Assembly (NCBI RefSeq): GCF_018977255.1
Contig: NW_024704743.1
Location: 57,476,001-57,540,000 of the forward strand
Direction: 5' to 3'
DNA length: 64,000 bases
Source of the DNA: Callorhinchus milii
Taxonomy: Eukaryota
Shown: positions 24,465 to 35,850 of the stretch, one piece after another
Layout of the letters: every line of letters begins with the position of its first letter
Numbering within the stretch: position 1 is the stretch's first letter
Position numbers and translations under genes: made by a program
The notes under the pieces: generated by a model
Database searches by the model: none
What the model was told of the DNA's origin: nothing
What the model saw: the letters and a program-made list of their open reading frames with translations, nothing else

Positions 24465-25047
24465 ATACAAAATTACATTTGTAAAGCGTCTTTCACGTCG
24501 GGAGGATGTCCCAAGGCGCTGAACAGTCAGGGATTAGACCCAAGCAGGGGGAAGGGGGGTTGGGATCAGGGAGGGTGGAGTGCAGAGAGAGGGTAGGAGG
24601 GTGGCCGAAGGCACGGTCGAAGAAGAGGATCTTGAGGCATGCCTTAAAGAAGGCAAGGGAGGGAGCGAGGTGAAGGGAATGTGGAATGGAGTTCTAGAGG
24701 GTGGGGGCAGAGAGCTGAAGGCCCGACTGCTGATGGTGGAGCAGGACAGAGGGGCGACATGGAATAGACCAGAGCCTGTTGGCAGAGGGAGTGGACAGGT
24801 TGATAAAGGGTTAGCAGGTTGGAGAGGTAGGAGGGGGCAAGGCCATGGAGGGCCTTGAAGGTTAGGATGAGAATTTTGAACTTAATCCTCTGAGGGATGG
24901 GGAGCCAGTGGAGCCGGGCAAGTGTGGGTGTGATGGCGTCATGGAACCTGGTGTAGGAGAGGACATGAGCTGCAGAGGGCTGCAGGATATGCAGCTTTTG
25001 GACGGAAGTTTTGGGGAGGCCGACAAGCAGGGGGTTGGCATAGTCAA
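24465..25047 (-). mobile_element. L2 subfamily A 3' fragment
   Basis: Stem-loop TTCACGTCGGGAGGATGTCCCAAGGCGCT, collinear with 560-1140. Confidence 0.88.
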
Positions 25048-25499
25048 GTAATTACATCTTGCCGTTGCGGCGTCTCTTCATTTTAAGGCCTGTTGGGAAT
25101 ATTATCAATGCCAATTTCCTCCTATGTTCCTAAGTTTCTGCAAAATCCATGCTCTTTTTAGATGAAAGAAACAGCAAAATTAAGGATGAACATTTGGATG
25201 AATTAATTTCAGGACCAAAACCCCTCCCTGCCATAAAGATTTTTCTAATTCAATCCAAATAATGAGTTTTTGATGTGTTTCATGCAATATTGGTGAATAT
25301 ATAATAATATAATAATAATATGGTTTCTAACTTGAAGCTGTTGGAACTTGAGGTGTAACTCTATTGAGAAAAGGGATTATTTGTTGTTCATCAGGGCAGA
25401 CAGCGTTGGAGAAAAGGAACAGGATAGCTGCAGCAAAGATTCTTCCCACTAGTCGCATGTTAGCACTGTAAAGCAAAACTTTAATGTGTAGAGTGTTTC

Positions 25500-25740
25500 T
25501 AGATGGACAAGCAGCAGGAAACTTGCCATACATTCAATGGCAATCTACACAATCTGCCAGTTAAACTCCAATAGTCCCCAAGCCTTGGTTCTTGCCAACC
25601 TGTGCCTAATGCTCGCCAGAACTAAGTAAGCAGGTTGCTTTCCTCTGGGAAGAGAGTGCACATTCTATTCCACACATGGGAATTTCTATGCATAGGTAGT
25701 CTCAGACTGGTTTGGATGCTCTTAAGCATGGTGACCCCAA
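25500..25740 (+). repeat. Family U fragment
   Basis: GGACAAGCAGCAGGAAACTTGCCA...GCCAACCTGTGCCTAAT...GAGAGTGCACATTCTATTCC. Confidence 0.65.
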
Positions 25741-26789
25741 AATAAGGTATGGTGTATTTCAATATATTTACTCCATTACCGATTGTACTGATTAGTTACT
25801 TACTGGGTTTGTGCTACATTTTTTTTCCCGGAGGGTAGGAAATAAAATAATTTTTGGTCAGCTAGGAATGTAAAATGCACAGATATCCTTCACCTTACTG
25901 AAGTGTCTTTCCAATCTCAGCTATGGAGAACTGATAGTGTTCTAGTGCATGTAATCTCACTCTAGGGTTAAATATATACACACACACACACATTCATATC
26001 CACACAGAACACATCTGGGTTGGTAGAATGCGAGACATTAGAGATCCCAAAGTGTTAGAATTGAAATAGGTAAAATATGACCTTTAAATGGCATTGATAA
26101 GCTTTCCTCTGCTTGTCCAGCTAGAAGCACTCTATCCGCTGTATATGGTTACAAGGCTGTGAAGAGCAGATTGAAAAAACTCCCATTGCCCATTGACATG
26201 ACTCACACAATCCCATTGACATGTCTTGCATTTCAAGTCCCATTGAAGAAGCAGGCATGTTAGTTAATCATTACCATTGCCCTTCAATAATGTGAACTTG
26301 CCTGTCTCAGATCACCGAATCCACCACAGAGAGTTGCTTGAGGTCCATGCTCCATTTGCCAGTCATGTCACCATGTAGGCAGCTCAATCCCGGAGAGACC
26401 TCACTTACTTTCCCAAAGAAGAATAAGTGAGATAAAAGATTATTTTGACTGTTTAGACTGCATTGAAACCTACCTGCTTCCAGGGCTTTATCCCTGTCAC
26501 TTCAATGTTCTATGTTTTTAGCTACCAGCTTTTTATTGTAATTTTTCTCTCAAATGTGATCTTAATTCTTGGGAAACATTTTAAATATTTTAACATGAAT
26601 CAGCCCACAACGCAGATCAAGAGAAGCAACGAGTGTTGATGACACATCCAGATAAGTCGTGCAAGGACAATATAAGTTCCACAGATAAGAAACAAAGACA
26701 AATCTTTTATGAAGGGGGAAATATAATGAAATTAATTTTGCAAGGTAGTCAGAAAGTTACTTGTAACTGTATATAGATAATGCCTGGTC

Positions 26790-27275
26790 TCCAACGGATC
26801 AATATTAGGAGCTTCTCCAAGTGTCTTGGCCAACAATGCCCCAGAAAAACATTAGTCATTCTCTTCAAGGCTGTTTGTGGGATATAGTTATTTGCAAATT
26901 GGCTGCTGCATTCGATTCCTGGCAGGATGAAACCTTGGGCAAGTTTCCTTATTCCACATGCCTAATAATAATCTCTCAAAAAAAGCAATAATAAGTTGGT
27001 CATTTCAATCCACGATTGTTTGTGGGACACTGCTGTGCGCAATTGGCTGCTGCATTTCGCCCACAAATATACAGTCAATTCACTTTACAGTCTATTCTGT
27101 GAAGCGCTTTGAGACGTCTAGAAGACATGAAAAGTATTATATCAAATGCAAGGATTATTATTATTATTCACCTACAAAATACACAGTCACTACACTTTAC
27201 AGCAAAATCCTAGGAAGTGTTTTGAGACGTTTTGATGTGATGAGGCACTATAACAAATGCAAGACTTAGTATTAT
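26790..27275 (+). mobile_element. Family S SINE (26913-27168) nested in the 3' part of an older Deu-type SINE
   Basis: The old SINE breaks at GCTGCATTC and resumes at CACCTACAAAATACACAGTC after the young SINE tail. Confidence 0.8.
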
Positions 27276-27619
27276 TGATATTGAGGTACAATCTAGTGTT
27301 CCCTAAAGTTGTTCATTGCTAATTAACATAAGGATCAAGTGTGAAGGAACACCTGCAAATGTAACTGGGAAGAGAGTTTAGACCAGTTCTAATTAAGGAG
27401 GACATTTCGGGATGTTCTTTAATCCTTGTTACATGTGCTAATCAACATACAGAAGCCTGCAAATCTTACCCTATTGTATTAAACATAGAGAAAAGTAGTC
27501 AGAATGTAGCAGGCCTCTACAGCACAGTCAGCCAGTGCACAATGCTCTGCATTTAAAGAAGGTATTTGGCAGACACCCCACCCTGTGCATATTTTTCTGT
27601 TTTCTTCTTATAAAATTAT

Positions 27620-27875
27620 GTGGGCGAGCTCTTAGCCATTCTGTTCGCTTGCTGCGGAACTCTCTTCTGGAGTCCTTTCGTCTTGCTCCCTTGCTCTCTC
27701 CCTCCTTCCCCTTCAGCCTTTTCCAACCATATTTTCAGCTACCTTCCTCCCCACTCACTTCCTCAGCGCCCCTCCACTGCCACTACCATCTTGGGCCCCC
27801 AAACAACTATGTATATTGTTTTGAGACATCCTTGGATGTGAAAGGCACTATATATGTGCAAATTGTAATTGCAAA
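27620..27875 (+). mobile_element. Old L2 3' fragment
   Basis: GAGCTCTTAGCCATTCTG...GAGACATCCTTGGATGTGAAAGGCACTATAT. Confidence 0.6.
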
Positions 27876-28394
27876 TGCTTTTTTTTTCCAAATGAACTCT
27901 CAATCTTCAAACCGGATGGTTAGACTGGTGGTGGGAGGTAATGTATACAAAAATGTCCTTGCTCAGTTCTTGCATGCTGGCAACACAAGAGGATCTCCAC
28001 TAAGTCAGTCGTCCCTCAATCATTTTCAGCAACAGCCCCATGAGTCTCAAGTTTATTCAGCTGTTTTTTAGTTCAAGACAGAGAGAGAAATAAGTCAGTT
28101 TGTTATCCGGATGTAATGATTGGAACAAAATGCTGTAGAAAAGTAAAATGTTTAAAACATGCTGGCATTGTATGTTCCAAAATCAGCACAAAGCACCGAT
28201 AGATAAATTCATGTTTTCTGGCTGGCATTTGAGCCTCTCAATCTGTCTTTCCAGACATATCTTTTTTTGCAGCATTGCTGGAGGAGATGACTTTGGAATG
28301 CCATGTCTCTTCCCAATTGCCAGAATCACTGCAGGCAAAAGAGACTTCCTATTGCTTTAGATGGTCTAGATCTTCCTCTTAATAGTGATGATTT

Positions 28395-28775
28395 ATAATA
28401 ATAATAATCCTTGCATTTGATAAAGTACCTTATCAAGTCTTTGAGACAACTCAAAGCGCTTCACTGATTATACTGTAAAGCGAATTGGCTGTATATTCTG
28501 TGGGTAAAACGCGGCAGCCAATTGCACACAGCAAAGTCCCACAAACAATTGTTGATTGAGTGACCAGATTATTATTATTATTGTTTTATTTATTTATTTT
28601 TGAGGGGAAAAGCGATCCGCCAATCGACTAACAACCGGATTACTACTTAATGATAGTTAATCAGAGGCGTGTGGAGTAAGGAAACTTGTCCAACGTTTCG
28701 CCCTGGCTGGAAATCAAACCCAGGTCCTCTCACTTGCAAGTCAAGTGCTCTAACCACTAAGCTACAGAATTCCAC
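28395..28775 (-). mobile_element. Family S SINE, older copy with internal insert
   Basis: Tail AATCCTTGCATTTGAT; head CAAGTGCTCTAACCACTAAGCTACAG. Confidence 0.88.
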
Positions 28776-29387
28776 GCCATGGGCGTCACATTCTGCTTGC
28801 TGCCAGTTCTGCGACCAACCCTGCTCATCCTTTCACCACCAAGGGATTTGTGATCTAATGTGCAACAGAGCTTTTCATTGAATCTCAGTCTTAGAATGTA
28901 GGAATATGGATATTCAAATACAAGGTTGTTTGATCAATGGGTCATTTTAATTGTAGTGCACAAATGAGCTGAGGCCCTTTACATCACTTATAATTCTGTA
29001 TGTTAGAACTTCTGATGTGTGTCTGAAATTGATCTTCACTACCCTGGACCTTTGCCTTCTTGTCCCGTTGCCTTTGGCGTATCAGAAAATATTGTTCCAG
29101 GTTTAATTGCTCAATTCCAATGAACATCTTATAACTAAAACTGCAACTTCCTCTTTTGTTGGTCCACTGCTGGGAGTTGCTTTTTCTGACACAGGACAGT
29201 TGACTATGATGCTTCAGTTTGCCACGATGGTGACATCACAACAATCTCCACGTCTCGTGAGAGAGCTTGGTTATTGCACCAGTTCAGCTTTGGAGGGGAA
29301 CATGGTTTTGTTTCTAATTATTGGTGTAACAGAATGCTCAATGACACTTATTGCATCTGAGTTGCCATGGTTATAGCTGGTTCCCAC

Positions 29388-30035
29388 TACAACAACAACA
29401 GCAGCAACACAATTACATTTATAAAGCGCCTTTCACATCGGGAGGACATCTCAAGGTCCCGAACAGTCTGGGATCAGGACCCGAGTGTGGGGGACAGGGT
29501 TGGGATGAGGGAGGGCAGAGGGGGTAGGAAGGTGGCTGAAGGCACGGTCGAAGAGGAGGGTTTTGAGTTATGCCTTGAAGGAGGCAAGAGAGGGAGCAAG
29601 GCGAAGGTACTGCGGGATGGAGTTTCAAAGGATGGAGTTAGAGAGGCTGAAAGCCCGGCCGCTGATGGTGGAGCATGTCGGGCGGGGGACATGGAGCAGG
29701 CCGGAGCCTGCTGAGCGGAGGGAGTGGACAGGTTGATGGGGGCCAGCAGGTTAGAGATATAGGAAGGCCTTGAAAGTGATGACAAGGATTTTGAATTCTA
29801 TCCTCTGAGGGATGAGGAGCCAGTGGAGCCGGGCAAGAGTGGGGTGATGCGGTCACAGAGCCTGGTGTGGGAGAGTACACGAGCTGTAGAGTTCTGGATG
29901 ATCTGCAGCTTGTGGAGGGAAGATTTGGGGAGGCCGACAAAGGAGGGAGATTCCATAGTCGAGCCTTGAAGTGATGAATCCGTGTATGAGGGATTCGGCA
30001 GCCTGAGTGGTGAGGTAGTGGCGGAGTCGGGCTAA
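29388..30035 (-). mobile_element. L2 subfamily A 3' fragment
   Basis: ARLRHYLT, ITSRLDYG, PPDVKGAL and an (AAC)n tail. Confidence 0.9.
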
Positions 30036-30174
30036 GGAAGTTCTAAGGAAGTGCACAGATGTTTGAATGTATTTTTTGCATCTGCTTTCGATGCTCTGGA
30101 AAGTAGTTCAATTGGATTATTTCAGACACATGGAATAAATTCCCTTTTCCTCAATGCATATAACAAGCATATAT

Positions 30175-30262
30175 CACAGGGTGATATAGATCAGTCATGA
30201 TCTAATTAAATGGCGGAACAGGCTCGATGGGCTGAATGGCCTACTCCTGTTCCTATGTTCCT
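30175..30262 (+). mobile_element. CR1 3' end
   Basis: GATCAGTCATGATC...AATGGCCTACTCCTGTTCCTATGTTCC. Confidence 0.85.
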
Positions 30263-30304
30263 GTGTTATTGACAGCATTGGACTTTGCGTGTTAAGAAAT
30301 GTCA

Positions 30305-30470
30305 CAAATGCGCACAGCAGTGTCCCATAAATCCTCGACTGTTTGCGGGACATTGCTGTGTGCAATTGGCTGCCGCTTTTCACCCACAAAATAAACAGTC
30401 AATTCACTTTACAGTATATTCTGTGAAGCGCTTTTAGACATGATAAGGTGCTATATCGTGGATTATTATT
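30305..30470 (+). mobile_element. 5'-truncated family S SINE with fold-back 5' end
   Basis: SINE 3' half preceded by its own inverted copy. Confidence 0.8.
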
Positions 30471-30709
30471 TCTTAACATGAAAAGTGTAATTATCGAAAT
30501 TCGAATGAATCACAGCAGCAAAGGAGGAATGCACTCTTAAGCACAGTTAATATTCCAGAAAGAAATTTGAAGATTACACATTCCATACTAAGAAATCTAT
30601 TGAGAATTGCCACACATTAGACACCATTAATTCTGAAAAGCTTTCTGTTTGTTCCTGTGATCACTGATGCTTTACTGCATGTTAGATAGATGCCTTTAGA
30701 TAGATCCCA

Positions 30710-30955
30710 AGGGCCAGAAATTTTATTTAACCTTAGCCTGTAAGCACTTTGTTTTAACATTTAAGATTGTGCAGATTTGTGGAAAATCTGTAAAAATTCA
30801 GTCTTAAGTTGGAAGTCAGTTTTCCACTTCGAAATCTTCAAAAATATCCCGGTTCAAAATTGAAGCTGAATTTAAGAATTTTCCACAATTTTGCTTGAAC
30901 CTTACATTTTAAGATAAAATGGTTTTCCACAGTAAATCTAGATAGAATTTAGAGC
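30710..30955. mobile_element. Palindromic MITE-like element
   Basis: TTGTGGAAAATCTGTAAAAATTCAG versus CTGAATTTAAGAATTTTCCACAA; outer arms are also complementary. Confidence 0.6.
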
Positions 30956-31721
30956 CTCAAGGTCTGTTGTTGCTCATGAATACCAGCAGAAATCATATGG
31001 TTCATTAAAAAGACTGATATTGAAGAGAACAGCTCGAGACTCTGCTTTTGTGTCTTGATTTGACACTGAGTGATTTATTTTTCACTTATAACTCCATAAA
31101 CTCCATGATTCATCTTGGAAACGTATCATTTGATATCTCATTACCTTCCTAAATAGCTACAGTTGTCTGCACGGAAACTTTATTTCATTTCTTTTATGAT
31201 CGAATCTTACAGTTTTCAGAATCATTTGATCTGTTTGCTTTTTCTTTCTATAACTATTTAGACCATCATTCTTGTAAGTGGACTGTGTTTCCTATGATTT
31301 GGGAGTTTTTCACTGTCAGCTTTTACAGTGATCTAGCATTTCACAATGAATGTAACATATGAGTCGCTGTTACTGGCTAACTATAGTCTTGTGCTGCACC
31401 TATCAATGTCACTTTGGAAGGAAGAAAATATTACCAACAGGTAAAAAAACAATCCAATTTATTGACCAGACATTCTAAGCTAGCACATGAGCCAATGCTG
31501 AATAAACACATGAACACTGAGGTAAAAGTTGTGATGTGCGATTAGTGAATTACTACTAGTGTCCCTCAATAATGTATTACGTCGATTAAAAACATCCTGT
31601 TGACAATTAACACCTCACCTGATGCTTTGGTCACTGGCCTTGAAGAGGATGGATTTCAGATCTCCGAGGTATATCGCCTCTGGGGAGTCAAAATTAAACA
31701 AAAATACCACCAATACTTAAT

Positions 31722-32037
31722 ATAATAATAATAATCCTTGCATTTGATATAGCGCTTTTCACGTCGGGAGGACGTCCCAAAGCGCTTCACAGAACACACT
31801 GTAAAGTGAATTGACTGTATATTTGTGGGCGAACGCGGCAGCCAATTGCGCACAGCAATATCCCACAAACAGTTGTAGATTGAAAATGACCAATTTATTA
31901 TTGTTTTTGGTTTTGGAGGGATTATTATTAGGTGTGTGGAGTAAGGAAACTTGCCCAAGGTTTCGCCCTGCCTGGAATTGAACTCAGGTCTCTCGCTTGC
32001 AAAGTGAGTGCTCTAACCACTGAGCTACAGGACTCCA
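31722..32037 (-). mobile_element. Young family S SINE, full length
   Basis: Complete head, body and tail. (A)CTTAA at 31715-31720 and 32037-32042 is the likely TSD. Confidence 0.95.
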
Positions 32038-32429
32038 CTTAACAGAAGACCTTGCATTTTAATATAAAATTGGTGGCACTAAAACCTGAAGTTACCTGGA
32101 ATTATAATTTACCTGGAGAGGATGCCATCTGCTGGCGATCCTAAAAGCATTCGTTAATTAAGAAATAGAACATAGTTAAAGAGTATTGATACACCTAAAT
32201 GCAGATTTGAAACCAATATCTTTGACTAATATCCAGTTTGATTGATGAGCTAATTTTCCAATCTGTGCAGAAATCTATAAGTGAAATGCATATGAAATAG
32301 ATTCATTGTGTCAGCAAATTCAAGGGGGAATTAGATAGTGATTTAGAAAAGAATTAAATTGAAGGGTATGATAGATGGAGTAATATAGAATGATTCAATA
32401 CTTTTGAAAACTATATATATTTTGGAAAT

Positions 32430-32775
32430 ACAGGTTCACTGGATCGAATCCCAGCTTGGTCTCAGCTGGGCTACATGAGGAGAGGAGAATGACCTCGGCC
32501 TTTCCTGGGTTAGGGAGGACAAACCAAGTCAGGTTTTGTGTTGCTGGTCCCTCGATTGCACCTTCTGTTGGTTAAACGCGTAAGTGGCAGCCGGGTGATG
32601 AAACGTCAGGCTCAGCTGTGACACCCTCTACCCTTTATAGTCAAGTGTCCTGTCTACACTCGCTGCCATAGCTCACACATGAACAAGGAGAACTTGGGCA
32701 TGGTATCAGAGAGCAACTAGTACCTGTGGATCATCATCCCAAAATGTGGAGCCTGGAGAGCAGAAGCACAGAGGC
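32430..32775 (+). mobile_element. Old SINE-like repeat (family C)
   Basis: B-box-like GGATCGAATCCC; body matches the split copy around the 4342-7830 L2. Confidence 0.65.
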
Positions 32776-33559
32776 AAACACATATTAGATAGTTTTCTTT
32801 TATGAATTAACATTATAGAATATTGTACATAGGTAGTTCGGGACATATGTGCATGTGACCACCAGGAAGGTGGAAGGCGAACTAGATGGGCCTTGGTCTT
32901 TTTTTCGTCTAGCATTTCTTATGTTATGCATGTTCTTATTCACCAATGGGAAGGAAAATAAGAAAATCAATTGAAAAAAAAAGTGTGTTTGTTTCTGAGC
33001 AGATTTAAGTATCTGTTTTGACTAATAATTGTTGTGTCAACTGAAAAAAATAGAACAAGATTACCTTTAAGTAAAGAAAATCAAACAGTAAATTATTCCG
33101 AATTGTAATGTAACCTATTTGTTGCATACAAATCTATTCTCTGCAAACTAGGCATCTGCAACCTTAGAAATCAGCAAAAGACAATTTTAAGTGTGACAGT
33201 GTTATGTTGGAAACATCAACAACATATCTGGAGGGCATGAATTCTGCAATTCTGTGGACAGCCAATCTAAATTTTAATCATCAGGCATTAAAGTCGTTGG
33301 TAATTTTTCTTTTTATACCTTGAATTGGTTGCCTTCTTATAATCACTGATCTCAAATTTCATAGTCAAAATTTTCAAAGCATGTCCTGAAAGTCACAATT
33401 CAAGCAGAATTCACACATGCATTGCAAATGTGTTTCAGTGACCTGAGAGAATGTTATTTCCAGCACACTTGAAACAAATTTAGAAGTTCTGCAGACCATT
33501 TCCAAAATACAGTAAAATTATTAAAGGTAATAGTCGGCTTCCCTGCAAGTTAGAGGAGC

Positions 33560-33930
33560 AGACTGGTTATTAGGGGCAGGCATTTTTCCCCCTGCACTCT
33601 AACATTCCCGTGCAATCCAAAACCCTAATGAGTAGGGTTGTCCTAGTTGGAAGCTTGCCAGAGAGAGCTCTCGATGGCAAGCTATGTAGTTTTAGCTGAT
33701 TAGACTCCAGCAGTACCGCAACACACTTTGGCTTCTGGTAACATGTATCTAAAATTCTCCAGAATTAGATAAGTGGGATGCATGCCTCCAAGGAGAGAGT
33801 GTGCATTCTATTCTAGAGATTTCCATGTGCGGATGGCATACATAATTGTAACTCTCAGTCTGGGTTGGCTTCTCTTCAGCATGGTGATGGGTTCTAAGTG
33901 TGTCAGACCCATGGCTGACGAAAACCAAAT
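33560..33930 (+). repeat. Family U copy
   Basis: CCCTAATGAGTAGGG, TTTAGCTGATTAGACTCCAGCAGTAC, GAGAGTGTGCATTCTATTC, AACTCTCAGTCTGG. Confidence 0.75.
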
Positions 33931-34884
33931 ACACTTGGTAATGGTAAAGAAGTCAGAAACATCAGAATTTAGACAAGTGATAGCCCCTGTATACCCCATT
34001 ATACAGCAAGGAGGGAATTAATGCCTAACACCAGAACAGGGATTGAAAAATAATAAGGTTTTCCTCGCACAGACACTCACAGACTACTGTTGTTCCACAG
34101 TTCTGAGTGTAAGAATTTCATCTGAGTTAGCTGTGAAAAAAACACAATTAGCACATAACAGATGCTTTGAACATCATCCTGTGATTGTTGCCTCTCGCCA
34201 CTTTGTGTAATAAGGTTATATTTTTACTGTCTCAATTCTGGGATAGGCATCACCTCATCACCTCACCTTTTTGCTCAATGTCGCTCCTTTCACCTCGTTC
34301 ATTAGCTATTATGAATGGAATGCTTAACTTGAAGAAATTGTCAATGGACGATGAAATTATGTCCTCACATTGCGTACCAACTGAACAATGCAATTTTAAT
34401 TGCAGTTGTACTATTTTCTACGTGTTCCACCTATTTCTAACTTCAAAATCTGCAATTTAGTTTTCTCCCTTCCAATTCTCATCCTTTATTTCTAAAGGTA
34501 AAAGCACCTTTTATTTCAAGAAAAAAATGTTTTGTTTGACTGAAAGATGGTTTTACACCCTCCATGGCAAACGGTGCATATAATTTTTCACTTGGGAGTT
34601 TGCACTGGGTATCTGAATGTTGAACTACTACACATGACTCCACTCAGCTTTCAATGTCTTCTGCATAGCAGCAAGTGGTTCAACCACATAGACGATGCAA
34701 GTCCTTTTGACAGCAGGCTTACTCATGTCTACAGCCCCATGTCAACACATACAGTTTATTTGACCTTCAACCTGTGCTACCTAATTGCTTCAGCTTCTTC
34801 CACTGTTACCACTTCCTCATGATTTGCCTCAGTGCCTCACCTGGTCGCCATGTCTCTCATTGTGTTTTTATCTGCACTGGTTCT

Positions 34885-35460
34885 AAGCAGTATCTCTTGG
34901 AGCTGAACTGGATCCAAGGTGAAATGTTTGGCAACAGAATGTCAGAATCAAGCCAGCCCTCTGTGGTGGTCGCTGTAACCCAGTTCCTGAGCCAGGCGGG
35001 TTTGCAGTATTCCAGGAGACTGCTGGTGACAGCACGGCCAGCCTGGCTCATCAGCAGGACTTGGAAAGGCAGACCAGTCATTGGTGTAGGAAATTTGGCT
35101 TGCAGGGTTAACACTTAGCTCCTGTTAACCCTGCAAGCCAAAACTCTAATGGGTAGGGTGGATCTAGCTGGATAAGCATCAAGAAAGCTTGCCAGACTGT
35201 GCTTTCAATGGGAAGCTATGCTATTTAGCTATATAGACACCAGCAGTACTCAACATACACTCTGGCACTTTTTGCCAACCTGTGCCTAATACGGTATCCA
35301 GGGATGCATCCCTCCAGGGAGAGAGTATGCATTCCATTTCAATATTTTGGGAATTTCCATGTATAGGTGGGATGCAGCGAACTCTGGTTTGGATACTGTT
35401 AAGCATGGTGATGGTTTCTGCATGTATCAGACACCCAGCTGACCAAAATCAAATGTGTGC
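34885..35460 (+). repeat. Family U, longest copy
   Basis: Collinear with the 14770, 33560 and 48080 copies. Confidence 0.75.
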
Positions 35461-35599
35461 TAGTTCTTGCTTCAAGAAAGGGTGATGATCATTGGTGTTT
35501 AGATGTTGGATGTTTTTGTGATATGAAAAGTGGACTGTTGGTTTGTATCACAAGAGAAATTTGGGTGAAGAAGCTGTTTCAACATATTTGATCTACCCT

Positions 35600-35850
35600 G
35601 CTGGGTTCTCATTGTAGCATCAATATGTTTCCTAAATTGATTCAACCACCCTGTCGTAATTAACCCATTCAAGGTGTTAATTACCTTCCTTATATAAAAA
35701 TACTTCTTGGTATCTGTTCTCATTCACACCCTTGAACTTGTGCCCTCTTTTAATGTGGAAAGGCAAATCTCAATCATTAATCCGGATTTACTTTCTCAAT
35801 CCCATTTGGTATATTATATACCACTATCAGGTCCCCTCTGATAAGAATGT
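35600..35850 (-). mobile_element. CR1 ORF2 C-terminal fragment
   Basis: RTDTKKYFYIRKVINTLNGL; GHKFK-like segment upstream. Confidence 0.65.

Noticed and set aside
31741..31790. Recurrent palindromic ~36-bp repeat resembling a CRISPR repeat or terminator
   Set aside because: Dispersed rather than arrayed, with no spacers; it is the LINE/SINE 3' stem-loop.
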